From the NCBI GenBank assembly GCA_947056845.1, contig CAMSCJ010000004.1, positions 3,148 through 67,147 of the forward strand: a stretch of DNA of 64,000 nucleotides, written 5' to 3'. How positions within the stretch are numbered: position 1 is the stretch's first letter; each line of letters opens with the position of its first letter. Position numbers and translations under genes: made by a program. The notes under the pieces were generated by a model that was not told the DNA's origin, made no database searches, and worked only from the letters and a program-made list of their open reading frames with translations. Positions 50,385 through 61,478 of the stretch are shown here, one piece after another. The stretch is from an uncultured Mycoplasmatota bacterium. GTDB taxonomy: Bacteria > Bacillota_I > Bacilli_A > RF39 > UBA660.

Positions 50385-50776
50385 TGAAAATATTAAAAAA
50401 AGAAAATTGGTGGATTTGGCTATTACTTATGTTTTTTTCAGGTGGTAGTGATGTTTTTTCACTAGGGGCATTACTTGATTGTTATAATAAAGAATGCTGG
50501 TATGCCAAAGGCAAAAATTGGTTTCTAGGCTTTTTATGCTTTATTTTTCCAGGACTCATCATGATTGTTATTTTCCATATACAAATTTTATGTCTTTCCG
50601 CTGCCAAATTAGATGTTAAAGGTAAAGAAATATATTTATCTCCATATATCTGGTTATTATGTTTGATAATACCTATTTTAGGTTGGATAGTAGCTATTGT
50701 AATGTTCATTTATCTACATATTTATATTTTAGTAGCTTTATATGATGGAAAGGGAGAAAAATATGTTAAAGATTAA
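50384..50776 (+). CDS. Small integral membrane protein
   Basis: Three to four hydrophobic segments; TAATG coupling to mutS. Confidence 0.7.
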   Translation: MKILKKENWWIWLLLMFFSGGSDVFSLGALLDCYNKECWYAKGKNWFLGFLCFIFPGLIMIVIFHIQILCLSAAKLDVKGKEIYLSPYIWLLCLIIPILGWIVAIVMFIYLHIYILVALYDGKGEKYVKD

Positions 50777-51788
50777 TATAAAAAAATATCTATTATGTAG
50801 TTTATTATTTATCATCATAATAACTGGTTGTGGTAAAAAAGATAATAAGAATGAAAAACAAGATGATAATAACCAAAATAATATTGAAGAAAAGGGTGCT
50901 AAAGAGCTTTCAATTATAAATCCTGACTCAAATTCTAGGCCAATTGCAGTAATGATAAATAATAACTACCAAGCTGTACCAAATCACGCCGGGCTCCAAG
51001 ATGCCTACATTGTTTATGAAATAAATGTTGAAGGCGGTCTTACTCGTTTACTCGCATTATTTAAAGACAAAAATACTGCTAAAATTGGCTCAGTTCGTAG
51101 TTCAAGACCCTATTTTTTAGATTATGTTTTAGAGAACGACGCAATTTATACGCATTTTGGTTATTCTGATCAAGCGAAAAACGATATTAGCTCATTAGGA
51201 ATAAATAATGTTAATTTTTTAATTGATGCTGGCTCTTGGCGTGATACTAGCTTAAATGTAGCCTATGAACATACCGCTTTTACAAATATAGAAAATATTT
51301 TAACTACTGCAACTAATAAAGGATATCGTTTAACAACCGAAGAAAAAACACTTTTAAATTATACAACTGATGAAATTGAACTAAATAAATACGATAATAG
51401 TATTGTTGCTAATAACATTAGTATTAACCATTCTACTAGTCAAAATACTAGTTATACTTATGATAATAACTTAAAAATCTATAAAAGATTTGTTAATAAT
51501 AACCCACATACTGATGCAATTACAAAGGAACAATATACAACTAAAAATATAATTATTGTGAGATTAGAAGTATATTCTAATGATGGATATTATCAAAATT
51601 TAAATAATACGGGTGTTGGTGATGGTTACTATATAACTAATGGTTATGCCATTCCTATTAAGTGGCATAAACCTTCTAGAGAAAGTAAAACAACTTATAC
51701 TGATTTAAATGGTGATGAAATTAAAATAAATGATGGTAATACTTTTATTCAAATTCAACCTATAAATGAACAATTGGTTATAAATTAA
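50742..51788 (+). CDS. DUF3048 (YerB-like) lipoprotein
   Basis: ITGC lipobox, RPIAVMINN, VEGGLTR, IGSVRSSR. Confidence 0.88.
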   Translation: MMEREKNMLKINIKKYLLCSLLFIIIITGCGKKDNKNEKQDDNNQNNIEEKGAKELSIINPDSNSRPIAVMINNNYQAVPNHAGLQDAYIVYEINVEGGLTRLLALFKDKNTAKIGSVRSSRPYFLDYVLENDAIYTHFGYSDQAKNDISSLGINNVNFLIDAGSWRDTSLNVAYEHTAFTNIENILTTATNKGYRLTTEEKTLLNYTTDEIELNKYDNSIVANNISINHSTSQNTSYTYDNNLKIYKRFVNNNPHTDAITKEQYTTKNIIIVRLEVYSNDGYYQNLNNTGVGDGYYITNGYAIPIKWHKPSRESKTTYTDLNGDEIKINDGNTFIQIQPINEQLVIN

Positions 51789-51871
51789 ATATTTAACATT
51801 ACAAAAGATAAATTTTAGTTTACAAGTAATACAAATATTATATAATAATTATTTAAGGAGAGATTCAATTT

Positions 51872-52867
51872 ATGGAAACTAAAAAGGTAAAAGAAATATA
51901 TACCGATAATTTAATTGCGTTATGTCATATCATAGATAGTTATAGTGAATTTTCAAAAAATTTAAGGAGTTTTATATCGACTAAATATAACAGAGACAAT
52001 GTTGAATATTTATATCAAATGTCTAATGGAAAATTTATTTTTGGAGCTAAAAAAGTTAAACAATTTTATCAAAAAAATAAAACTATCATTGATTTAATTA
52101 ATAAGTATTCTAATATTTCAATGTTTATAAATCAACATTATGATAACCAAGGGAATCCTTATGAATTAGCTGATTTAGATTTCTTTTATCAATATATTTT
52201 AAATAAAAAAGACTGTTTAAAACAAATTCTTGAGACTTTAAATAAAATTAAAAAATTGGGTTTTGAAAAATTACAGTTTGATGAAAATTTAGATTTTACT
52301 ACTAACGATTATAAGATTAATAAGTCATTTAAATATAACAATAATATTGAATATTTAGATAATATGGAAGCAATTCCTAATTATGAAAGTGATGTTATTA
52401 ATTATAAAACAAAAGGATCTAATTATAAAATAACAATAAAACCATCAGTTAGAACGATTATAAATCAAGATATTTCAGGATATGATAAAAAAATTATTGT
52501 TAATAGTTTAAATTTTGATGCAAATAAATTACCTGAAATAATGACAAAAGAAAATACATTTGATAAAATAATTAGCTTAGCAAATGAAAAAAATGATGAA
52601 TGCGAAGCTATTAGAAATTCAGTAAATTTAAGTATAAGTTTAGATTTTTTATGTTTAAGTATTAATTCAATTAATAATTTATTATCTAGAATTGATGATA
52701 TAGAAAATAAAGATGACTTACTTAATATATTATCTGAAATGAAATTAAATTTAAACAAATTACAAACTGCTAATTTGAAATATGCAAGCAATATTGAACA
52801 AGTTTATCCGTCAATTACGTCTGATATGTTGCAAGAAGAAAAAAATTTGTATTTAAATAGAAAATAA
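51872..52867 (+). CDS. Hypothetical protein
   Basis: 331-aa ORF, own TTTACA/TATAAT promoter and AAGGAG RBS. Confidence 0.7.
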   Translation: METKKVKEIYTDNLIALCHIIDSYSEFSKNLRSFISTKYNRDNVEYLYQMSNGKFIFGAKKVKQFYQKNKTIIDLINKYSNISMFINQHYDNQGNPYELADLDFFYQYILNKKDCLKQILETLNKIKKLGFEKLQFDENLDFTTNDYKINKSFKYNNNIEYLDNMEAIPNYESDVINYKTKGSNYKITIKPSVRTIINQDISGYDKKIIVNSLNFDANKLPEIMTKENTFDKIISLANEKNDECEAIRNSVNLSISLDFLCLSINSINNLLSRIDDIENKDDLLNILSEMKLNLNKLQTANLKYASNIEQVYPSITSDMLQEEKNLYLNRK

Positions 52868-52930
52868 TGTTTTAAATTTTATATAGATTGTAATCTACGA
52901 TTGTAGCATATTAATAAAAGGAGTTAATAT

Positions 52931-54070
52931 ATGGAAAAAAGAATTTCTATTTTTGGTTCTACTGGTTCAATTGGAACTAGTACTTTAAATATTGTTAGAA
53001 ATAATCCACAATTATTCAAAATAACAACCTTGGTAGCTGGAAATAATGTTGATTTATTAATTAAACAAATAGCAGAATTTCATCCAAAACACGTATACAT
53101 AAAATCATTAGAAAATGCTTACAAAATAAGAAAAATATTCCCAAAATTAGACATTTATTTTGATGATATTGGGATGGAAGAAATATCCAAATTAACCGAC
53201 TTTGATATAGGAGTTTCTGCCTTAGTTGGTATAGCTGGATTAAAACCCACTTATAATATGATTTGTAATGGAAAAACAGTTGCTCTTGCTAATAAAGAAG
53301 TTTTAGTTGCTGGTGGGGAATTAGTTATGAATACCGCCAAAGAAAATAATGCGGTTTTATTAACTGTTGATAGTGAACATAGCGCTATTATGCAATGTTT
53401 AAACGGTGAGGAAAATAATAAGATTGATAAGATTTTATTAACTGCATCTGGTGGTCCATTTTTTGACAAAGAAATTTCTGATAGTATTACAGTTGAAGAC
53501 GCTCTAAATCATCCAACTTGGAATATGGGAGCAAAAGTAACAATTGATTCAGCAACCATGATGAATAAAGGTTTTGAAGTAATTGAGGCTAAATGGTTAT
53601 TTAATGTAGACCCAAATAATATTCAAGTAGTTGTTCATAGAAAAAGCTTAGTTCATTCAATGGTACAATTTATCGATGGAACAATTATGGCTAATATTGG
53701 ACCAAAGTCAATGGAAATCCCCATCGCGTATGCATTAAATTATCCAAATAGATTAAATAATAATATTGAAAAATTGGATTTATTCAAAATTAAAAGCTTA
53801 GAATTTGAACAACCTAATTTAAATAAATTTAAATGTTTACAATTAGCATTTGAAGCTATTAAAAATGGGCATAGTGCTCAAGTTGTATTAAATGCTGCTG
53901 ATGAAGTATTAGTTAATGCTTTTGTAAATAAACAAATTAAATTTACTGACATTCCAAACATTATGGAAAAAGTTCTAAATGAACATAGTCAAACCAAATT
54001 AAGCAATATTGATGATATCTTATACTTAGATCAACAAACAAAAGAAAAAACAATCAAAAAAATTAGATAG
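52931..54070 (+). CDS. dxr: 1-deoxy-D-xylulose 5-phosphate reductoisomerase
   Basis: GSTGSIG, LANKE, VDSEHSA, TASGGPF, HPTWNMG.K.TIDSATMMNKG. Confidence 0.96.
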   Translation: MEKRISIFGSTGSIGTSTLNIVRNNPQLFKITTLVAGNNVDLLIKQIAEFHPKHVYIKSLENAYKIRKIFPKLDIYFDDIGMEEISKLTDFDIGVSALVGIAGLKPTYNMICNGKTVALANKEVLVAGGELVMNTAKENNAVLLTVDSEHSAIMQCLNGEENNKIDKILLTASGGPFFDKEISDSITVEDALNHPTWNMGAKVTIDSATMMNKGFEVIEAKWLFNVDPNNIQVVVHRKSLVHSMVQFIDGTIMANIGPKSMEIPIAYALNYPNRLNNNIEKLDLFKIKSLEFEQPNLNKFKCLQLAFEAIKNGHSAQVVLNAADEVLVNAFVNKQIKFTDIPNIMEKVLNEHSQTKLSNIDDILYLDQQTKEKTIKKIR

Positions 54071-54121
54071 TAAAGACTATCTAATTTTTGTTATTTATGA
54101 TAAAATTAAATAGGTGATAAA

Positions 54122-54523
54122 ATGGAACAATTAAGTAGAAGTGAACTGAGAAAACAAATTATGACAATTTTATATCAAATAAATATTTATGATAATAATA
54201 AAATGAAATATAATGTCGATGATGTTATTAAAGAAGTAAGTAAACTAGAAAATGAATTTGTTAAAGATACTGTCTATGGCGTCATAACTTATAAAAATGA
54301 TATTGATGAATTAGCCAATAAATACCTAAATAACTGGACCATTAATCGATTAGGTAATACTGATCAAGCTATCTTAAGAATGGGTATTTATGAACTTATA
54401 TATACAGAAACACCAGACATTGTTGCTATAAATGAGGCGGTCGAACTTGCTAAAAGTTATAGTGATGATGATGTTCGAAAAATGATTAATGGCGTGTTAG
54501 ATAAAATTTTACATAACAAATAG
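54122..54523 (+). CDS. nusB: Transcription antitermination factor NusB
   Basis: [25 protein letters not shown]. Confidence 0.94.
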   Translation: MEQLSRSELRKQIMTILYQINIYDNNKMKYNVDDVIKEVSKLENEFVKDTVYGVITYKNDIDELANKYLNNWTINRLGNTDQAILRMGIYELIYTETPDIVAINEAVELAKSYSDDDVRKMINGVLDKILHNK

Positions 54524-54530
54524 GTGAAAT

Positions 54531-55802
54531 ATGAATAATGATAAATACTTAACAGTAACAGCTCTTACACGTTATTTAAAATATAAATTTGATAACGATG
54601 ATCATTTAAAAAATGTTTATTTAAAAGGGGAAATATCAAACTTCAAATCACATACTACAGGACACTTATATTTTTCTCTTAAAGATGAAACAAGCAAAAT
54701 AAACGCCATTATGTTTAGTGCTAATGCCAAAAAACTTGTATTCACACCAACAGACGGAATGAAAGTCTTAATTCATGGACGAATTACAATTTATGAAGCT
54801 ACTGGCAATTATCAAATATATGTTGATGAAATGTTAGAAGATGGAATAGGTAATTTATATATTGCCTTTGAACAATTAAAAGAAAAATTATCCAAAGAAG
54901 GTCTATTTGATTCTAAACATAAAAAAGCAATACCAAAATTTCCAGAAAGAGTAGGTGTTGTTACTGCCTCAACTGGTGCTGCAATTAAAGATATACTATC
55001 AACTATAAAAAGACGTTTCCCAATTTGCGAAGTTATTTTATTTCCAAGTCTTGTTCAAGGTGAAAATGCGGCACCTGATATTGTAAACAAAATAAAAATG
55101 GCCGAAAATTATGATTTAGATGTATTAATTGTTGGTCGAGGTGGTGGTTCCATTGAAGATTTATGGCCATTTAACGAAGAAATAGTTGCTAGAGCTATAT
55201 TTGACTGCAATATACCTATTATAAGTGCTGTAGGCCACGAAATTGACTATACGATTGCCGACTTTGTTGCTGATTTAAGAGCCCCAACTCCAACAGGAGC
55301 AGCCGAATTAGCCGTTCCCAATTTATTGGATTTAAAAAAACATATTGAACAGTTACGTATTCGTTTAAATGAAGGAATTCTAAAAATTGTTAATTATCAA
55401 AAATTATTTTTAGATTCTTTAAAAAATTCTTTTGTTATTAAAAACCCTTTAATAATGTATGATAATAAAAAACAAAAATTAGATTCTATTATTGAAAAAA
55501 TAAATAATTTATTAAAAATTAAATTGGATAAAAATATTGATAAATTATCTTTTATCAAAAATAGTTATATTTTAAAGAACCCCGAAATAATATATAAGCA
55601 AAAAAAAGAAATGATTGTTAATATAATTGAAAAATTAGAACTTATTAATCCTTTAAAGGTTTTAAAACGAGGTTATAGTGTTATATATAAAGATAATAAA
55701 ATCATAAGTAGTATCAAAAATTTATCTAAAGGTGATAATTTACAAATAAAATTATCAGATGGAATAATTAAAACAAAAATCGAAGGAGTGGAAAATATAT
55801 AA
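54531..55802 (+). CDS. xseA: Exodeoxyribonuclease VII large subunit
   Basis: GEISNF, GHLYFSLKD, GRGGGSIEDLW, AVGHE.D, APTPTGAAE. Confidence 0.96.
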   Translation: MNNDKYLTVTALTRYLKYKFDNDDHLKNVYLKGEISNFKSHTTGHLYFSLKDETSKINAIMFSANAKKLVFTPTDGMKVLIHGRITIYEATGNYQIYVDEMLEDGIGNLYIAFEQLKEKLSKEGLFDSKHKKAIPKFPERVGVVTASTGAAIKDILSTIKRRFPICEVILFPSLVQGENAAPDIVNKIKMAENYDLDVLIVGRGGGSIEDLWPFNEEIVARAIFDCNIPIISAVGHEIDYTIADFVADLRAPTPTGAAELAVPNLLDLKKHIEQLRIRLNEGILKIVNYQKLFLDSLKNSFVIKNPLIMYDNKKQKLDSIIEKINNLLKIKLDKNIDKLSFIKNSYILKNPEIIYKQKKEMIVNIIEKLELINPLKVLKRGYSVIYKDNKIISSIKNLSKGDNLQIKLSDGIIKTKIEGVENI

Positions 55803-56032
55803 TGGCTGAAAAAAAACAAAAATTTGAAGATAAAATTACTGAATTAGAAAGTATTATTAATGAGCTTGAAAACGGCAACACAACTTTAGAAGATTCTATT
55901 GAAAAATACACTAAAGCAATGAAATTAGTTAAAGAATGTGATGAACAATTAAAAAATGTAGAAGAACAAGTTAATAAAATTGTTTTAGAAAATGGAAAAT
56001 TAGAAGATTTTAAATTAGAAGATAATAATTAG
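55802..56032 (+). CDS. xseB: Exodeoxyribonuclease VII small subunit
   Basis: FE....LE.I...LE.G...LE.S; coupled to xseA. Confidence 0.93.
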   Translation: MAEKKQKFEDKITELESIINELENGNTTLEDSIEKYTKAMKLVKECDEQLKNVEEQVNKIVLENGKLEDFKLEDNN

Positions 56033-56075
56033 AAGGTAATAAATGGCTAAATTTAGTCATTTTTTTCTTTAAATA

Positions 56076-56103
56076 TTGACAATAAAGAAAATGATGTTAT
56101 AAT
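56076..56103 (+). promoter_or_regulatory. SigA promoter of orphan gene
   Basis: TTGACA-16-TATAAT with TG extension, just after terminator hairpin 56042-56066. Confidence 0.7.
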
Positions 56104-56135
56104 ATTTTTGTTCTTAAAAAGGGAGTTGAAATATT

Positions 56136-57095
56136 ATGAAATATTTTAAAATTGGAAATAAAATTTATGAAGAAAATGGCTTAGCTAATGATGGCGATTT
56201 ATTATTATTGGGTGCAATGCCAAAAGAAGCATTCTTACGCCGAATTTTAAATTGTTATGGGATTGATTTATATTATAATTTGGAAGATAAACAAATCATA
56301 ATAGAAGATTTAGAAAATAATTGTATTTTGGAAAACAAAGCTGATAGCCCATTATGGAATAATGATGATACAAACATTAAACTAGAATTTGATGAAGAAC
56401 ATTTTTTTAATATTAATATAAAACGAAAAACAGGTTTAGACATATCCTTAAAATTTGACTTGGTAAATTCTATTGATTGGTTAAAATGTGATAGGAAAGA
56501 ACATGCAAATAACAAATTAAACTACATTAATGATGCTTTAATTGAATTTAAATATTCTAAATATGGTAATTTGGCATTTAAAAATAATAAAACAGGATAT
56601 TCTTTTAAATATAATACTGAAGATTTAAATACTAACCAAACAAAACAAGTATCATTTTATATAACTTCATTAACTGATCAAAATAGTATAAATTATAGCT
56701 TAAACAATGGTGAATTATCGACTATTTATTATAACCAACAGGAACTCTATTCCAACCCAACTAATAGTAATTCAAGAAAAAAGGACTATTTAATTCCATT
56801 TGATGAATGTACTAATCTATTTAGTAATGATTTAAAACCATTAACTGAAGTTATTAATAGTGACTTAATTGATTTAGAGCAACTTGCTCCAATTTCAAGA
56901 ATACAATACTTAAAAGATTTAAAAAATAATTTATCAAATAAAATGAAGAATATTTTTAAACAAATTAGAACCGCGTTCTCTGATATTAGAAAGATAAAAA
57001 AACAATTAGATAATATTGATGAAGAAATAATGTCTTCTTTAACTCCATCTATCGAAAAAAGCGGTGAGCAAGGGAAAGGTATGTTTAAAAAATAA
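56136..57095 (+). CDS. Hypothetical protein with C-terminal coiled coil
   Basis: 319-aa ORF, GGGAG RBS. Confidence 0.7.
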   Translation: MKYFKIGNKIYEENGLANDGDLLLLGAMPKEAFLRRILNCYGIDLYYNLEDKQIIIEDLENNCILENKADSPLWNNDDTNIKLEFDEEHFFNINIKRKTGLDISLKFDLVNSIDWLKCDRKEHANNKLNYINDALIEFKYSKYGNLAFKNNKTGYSFKYNTEDLNTNQTKQVSFYITSLTDQNSINYSLNNGELSTIYYNQQELYSNPTNSNSRKKDYLIPFDECTNLFSNDLKPLTEVINSDLIDLEQLAPISRIQYLKDLKNNLSNKMKNIFKQIRTAFSDIRKIKKQLDNIDEEIMSSLTPSIEKSGEQGKGMFKK

Positions 57096-57243
57096 TTAAA
57101 AATTTATGCTAATTGTCCATTTAAAAATTTAATAATCAATTGCTAGAAAATGGCTAAGATAACTTGGTCATTTTTTTCATATTTAGAAAAATTTTTATCA
57201 TAATAATAATGTGGTCTATATCGAATAAAAAGGAGATGTTTAA

Positions 57244-58239
57244 ATGTTTTTTAAAAATTTAAAAAAAACATTTATATTGCTACTTCTTTCATTATTTATT
57301 ATACCAAATAATGTCTTAGCTTATTCAGAATATATAATGGCAGGTGGGGAAAATATCGGCATTGAATTAAACTCTAAAGGTGTTATTGTTGTTGGAACTT
57401 ATAAAATTAACAATAATGATCCAGCTGTTGAAGCTAAATTACAAATAGGAGATACTATTATTTCAATTGAGAATACGGAAATAAATAGTATCCAAGAAAT
57501 GGTTGATAAGATAAACACTTATAAAGATAATGATTCTATTGAAATAAGCTATATTAGAGGAAAACAGACCAAAACAACTAATCTTACATTATATAAAGAC
57601 AATAATGATGTTATTAAAACAGGTTTATATGTCAAAGATAGCATCACAGGAGTTGGGACATTAAGTTTTATTGACCCTGAAACAAAATTATTTGGTGCCT
57701 TGGGACATGAAATAATCGAAAAAAATAGTGGGCAAATATTAGAAGTAAAAAACGGAAAAATATTTGAAACTGACGTTACTAGTATTCAAAAAAGTGAAAA
57801 TGGAAATCCTGGTGAAAAAAATGCCAGATTTTATACCGATAAAGTAGATGGTAGTATTTTCGAAAATACTAAGCAAGGAATCTTTGGTAATTATACATCA
57901 AATCTACCAAATAAGAAACTTTATAAAGTGGCTAAAGTAACAGATATAAAAAAAGGGGAAGCAAAAATTTTAACTGTTTTAAGTGATTCAACAATCAAAG
58001 AATATTCAATAAATATTATAAGAATATCAAATGAAGATCAAAAAACAAAAAACATCTTATTTGAGATAACTGATAAAGAATTATTAGAAAAAACAGGCGG
58101 TATTATTCAAGGTATGAGTGGTTCACCAATTATTCAAGGTAATAATATAATTGGAGCTGTTACACATGTTGTAGTCGATGATCCAACCAAAGGATACGGT
58201 ATATTTATTACAAATATGTTAGAAGAAGCAGAGAATTAA
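57244..58239 (+). CDS. spoIVB: SpoIVB peptidase (PDZ + S55)
   Basis: GG..IGI, G.GTL.F, FGALGH, TGGIIQGMSGSPIIQ, GAVTHV. Confidence 0.94.
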   Translation: MFFKNLKKTFILLLLSLFIIPNNVLAYSEYIMAGGENIGIELNSKGVIVVGTYKINNNDPAVEAKLQIGDTIISIENTEINSIQEMVDKINTYKDNDSIEISYIRGKQTKTTNLTLYKDNNDVIKTGLYVKDSITGVGTLSFIDPETKLFGALGHEIIEKNSGQILEVKNGKIFETDVTSIQKSENGNPGEKNARFYTDKVDGSIFENTKQGIFGNYTSNLPNKKLYKVAKVTDIKKGEAKILTVLSDSTIKEYSINIIRISNEDQKTKNILFEITDKELLEKTGGIIQGMSGSPIIQGNNIIGAVTHVVVDDPTKGYGIFITNMLEEAEN

Positions 58240-58374
58240 GAGTGACTTTTTCACTCTTTTAATATACAAAAAAACATTTTTTATCAAAGTTGACATGTAA
58301 ATATACAACATATTTATAAAATAATAACAGAACAGTAATATTTTTGCTATAATATTATTAAAAGGAGCTAGATT

Positions 58375-59646
58375 ATGAAAAAACGAAAGAAAAATAGAAA
58401 GAAAATATTATTGTTATTTATTATTTTAATTATATTAATTGCTTTATTCTTAACATTAAAATTGTTTAAACCAAAAAAAGAATACATAATTAAAACCGAT
58501 AAAGATGCTACTATTGATGAAATATATGTATATGGCAATCATTTAAATTTAAATGGTACAATAGATATCCATTTAACTAATACAAATATTAATGAAATGA
58601 ATTTATTATTTTATGCTAAAGAAGAAATAAGAGTACCACTAAATTATAAAATAACTGATGAAAATATTTATTTTGAAATATCTGATAAATTAAATAATGG
58701 TTATTTATATGATAATTTAAATATCAATAATTATAATATCTATATAGAAACGATTGATAATGAAAAAACAGAATATTACAATTTAAAAAATAATACCAAA
58801 TATGACACTACTGAATATTATTCTATTCGAAAAAACAACGAATTAAAGAAATTGTTACTTTCCAATAAAAATTCAACTATTCATCTAGATGTAAAAAAAG
58901 TAACAGATAATAATGTTTATGATATCGTAATTGACCCTGGTCATGGTGGTATTGATCCTGGGGCTAGTGGTAATGGTTATAGTGAAACTGATTTTACTTA
59001 TTTAATTAGCTCGAAAGTTAAAGAAAAACTTGAGAGTCATGGTCTAAAAGTAAAATTAACACGCGGAGATTTATCTGATAGTGAACGTTTACCAAATTAT
59101 GGCGATAATGGAAGAGTTAACATAGCAAATGAAACCAAGGCAAAATATTTATTAGCCATCCATCTTAATAGTAATGAATATGGTGATAATGGTTTAGAAG
59201 TATATACCGCCTATAATGTTGATTATACTTTTGCTTCAAATATAGCAAAATCAATAACAAATCAAACTGGGACCAATTATTCTACTAATAGAGCATTTAA
59301 AAAACAAGATGGCGTTTATACGAGAACACTTCAAGATATTGATTTAAAAGAAAATTATGAAACAGCGCTTGCTAATGGTTATAAACCTTATGATGTATCA
59401 AATGAAACTACTTATTATTTTATTATTCGTGAGACAGGTGGATATATGAGTGGTGCATATAAAGATTCTAGAGATGGTGCTCCATATAATCATTATGTTA
59501 ATTCTAATGTTGGCATGGAAAGTTATTTATTAGAATTAGGATACTTAACTAGTAAAAAGGATGTTAACAACTTAAAAAATAATTTGGACGCTTATGTTGA
59601 TGGTATTGTTGACGCAATGCTAGAAGAATTAAAAAGTGAAGAGTAA
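58375..59646 (+). CDS. Membrane-anchored N-acetylmuramoyl-L-alanine amidase (Amidase_3)
   Basis: IDPGHGG.DPGA, E, IHLNS, LLELGY. Confidence 0.9.
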   Translation: MKKRKKNRKKILLLFIILIILIALFLTLKLFKPKKEYIIKTDKDATIDEIYVYGNHLNLNGTIDIHLTNTNINEMNLLFYAKEEIRVPLNYKITDENIYFEISDKLNNGYLYDNLNINNYNIYIETIDNEKTEYYNLKNNTKYDTTEYYSIRKNNELKKLLLSNKNSTIHLDVKKVTDNNVYDIVIDPGHGGIDPGASGNGYSETDFTYLISSKVKEKLESHGLKVKLTRGDLSDSERLPNYGDNGRVNIANETKAKYLLAIHLNSNEYGDNGLEVYTAYNVDYTFASNIAKSITNQTGTNYSTNRAFKKQDGVYTRTLQDIDLKENYETALANGYKPYDVSNETTYYFIIRETGGYMSGAYKDSRDGAPYNHYVNSNVGMESYLLELGYLTSKKDVNNLKNNLDAYVDGIVDAMLEELKSEE

Positions 59647-59713
59647 TTAATATTAACTTATAATTTAATTAAAAAAAACAACAATTAAACAATATTGCTG
59701 TTCTAATTAATAA

Positions 59714-59953
59714 TTATCTTCCACGTCCTGCTCGAACTTCTTTTGTAACTGTATTAACCTTTTTATCATTAAAAGCACTTAAAAGTAATCCTACATAAGA
59801 ATTCAATTCACTATATTGCCCATCCTCACAAGATTTCATAAATACATCTAGCAATTCTTTTTGAATATTGCTTAATTCTACTGAAGTTTTAGCACCCTCT
59901 ATTTTTTGTAAGTATTTTTCATAAAATTCCTGTCCATTCATAATTAATCCCAT
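59714..59953 (-). CDS. Small hypothetical protein
   Basis: 79-aa ORF with TTGACA-17-TACTAT promoter upstream on the minus strand. Confidence 0.55.
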   Translation of the reverse strand: MGLIMNGQEFYEKYLQKIEGAKTSVELSNIQKELLDVFMKSCEDGQYSELNSYVGLLLSAFNDKKVNTVTKEVRAGRGR

Positions 59954-60199
59954 TTTAAAAATTTATATATAGTAACATAACTTAATATATCTGTCAATTA
60001 TTAAAAAATTCAAACATTTTACTTTTAATAATTTAGCATTATTTCTAGAAAGAGGTAGTGATGTAAAAAATATTATTCCCCTTATTCCATCATTCAACCC
60101 TAATCATATATTAATAGAGTATAATCTAAATATATTTTTTTATTATTTGACAATTGATAATTAAATATATATAATATTACCTTAAGAAAGAGGGATTTT

Positions 60200-60601
60200 A
60201 TGAAAAAAGAAAAGGGAAGTATAAATATCACTATTAATAGTAAGGATGAAACAAAAAGTCAAATTGTTTATAATAATATTATTACTAATATGGATAAAAT
60301 GGCATTGTCAAAAGATGAACAATTAGATTACCTAAAATCTCGTGTTACAGAATTAGAACAGGAACATAAAAATAAATTACAAATAATTTTATTAACAGTT
60401 ATCTTTTCTATTATATTAGCATTAGGATTATTCTTAATAATTCAAGAATTTTATACTCTAGGAGTTATTATAACTTTTACAATATTTTTCACTTCTATTA
60501 TAACTATTTATAGATTATCCAAAAACTTTAAAAATAATTTAGACGATAAATATGAGGAAATAGAAACTATCAGAAAACTAATCAATTCAAAACTAAAATA
60601 A
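60200..60601 (+). CDS. Two-TM membrane protein
   Basis: TTGACA-17-TATAAT (60147-60175), RBS, two hydrophobic helices. Confidence 0.7.
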   Translation: MKKEKGSINITINSKDETKSQIVYNNIITNMDKMALSKDEQLDYLKSRVTELEQEHKNKLQIILLTVIFSIILALGLFLIIQEFYTLGVIITFTIFFTSIITIYRLSKNFKNNLDDKYEEIETIRKLINSKLK

Positions 60602-60627
60602 AAAGGGCATAATTTTATGTCCTTTTC

Positions 60628-60714
60628 TTATATAAAAATAAGTGATGATACAAACATTGCTACGACAGCTATCAGCATAAAAATTACCATAACTTTTTTT
60701 AATTTTTCATTCAT
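60628..60714 (-). CDS. 28-aa membrane miniprotein (Prli42/DUF4044-like), absent from the ORF track
   Basis: MNEKLKKVMVIFMLIAVVAMFVSSLIFI; GAGGTG RBS; terminator hairpin 60602-60626. Confidence 0.7.
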   Translation of the reverse strand: MNEKLKKVMVIFMLIAVVAMFVSSLIFI

Positions 60715-60801
60715 GATAACACCTCAAATAAAATTATACTATAAAATATACTTTTTTGGAATATTTATAAAAGTTTTTAATATTATTTTATAGGTGAGAA
60801 T

Positions 60802-61437
60802 ATGAAAAAAATATTGGACAAGATTAAAAATAATATTAGTACTAACAAAAACATGCTAATTTTTCTAAGCATTGTTGGAATTATTGGAATCATTATTGGA
60901 ACTATTTTAAATATTGCTCTCAACTCTGAAGATAGCAAATTAGTTAATAATTTTTTAAACGATTTCATCTATAATATTCAAAATAATACACTAGATTATA
61001 AAAGTAGTTTTATAAACTCTCTATTATCAAACTTATTATATATCATCTTTATATGGTTGCTTGGTATTTCCGTTATTGGGATTCCAATAACTATATTTAT
61101 CTTCTTTTCAAAAACTTTTGTAATTGGTTTTTCTGTTGCAAGTATAATTGCCAATTATAAGCTAAAAGGTTGTCTATTAGCACTTACTTATATATTCCCT
61201 CATATGATTATTAATATTTTTATATATATTATTTTGACAATGTATTCGCTATCATTATCTTTAAAAATATTTCAAACTATTATAAAAAAACAAACATTAG
61301 ATTTTAAATTCATAATGCATAAATATTTAAAAATACTATTAATTTCAATTGTAGTAATTATTATAACATCTGCTATTGAGGTATTTTTAACTCCAAATTT
61401 AATGAAATTTGCTATTTCAATATTGACATTTAAATAA
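60802..61437 (+). CDS. spoIIM: Stage II sporulation protein M
   Basis: IWLLGISVIGIP, K.FVIGFSV, FPH, IE.FLTP. Confidence 0.88.
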   Translation: MKKILDKIKNNISTNKNMLIFLSIVGIIGIIIGTILNIALNSEDSKLVNNFLNDFIYNIQNNTLDYKSSFINSLLSNLLYIIFIWLLGISVIGIPITIFIFFSKTFVIGFSVASIIANYKLKGCLLALTYIFPHMIINIFIYIILTMYSLSLSLKIFQTIIKKQTLDFKFIMHKYLKILLISIVVIIITSAIEVFLTPNLMKFAISILTFK

Positions 61438-61478
61438 TCATAGTATAAAATAATAAACCAAAAGGAGAAGAATTAAAT

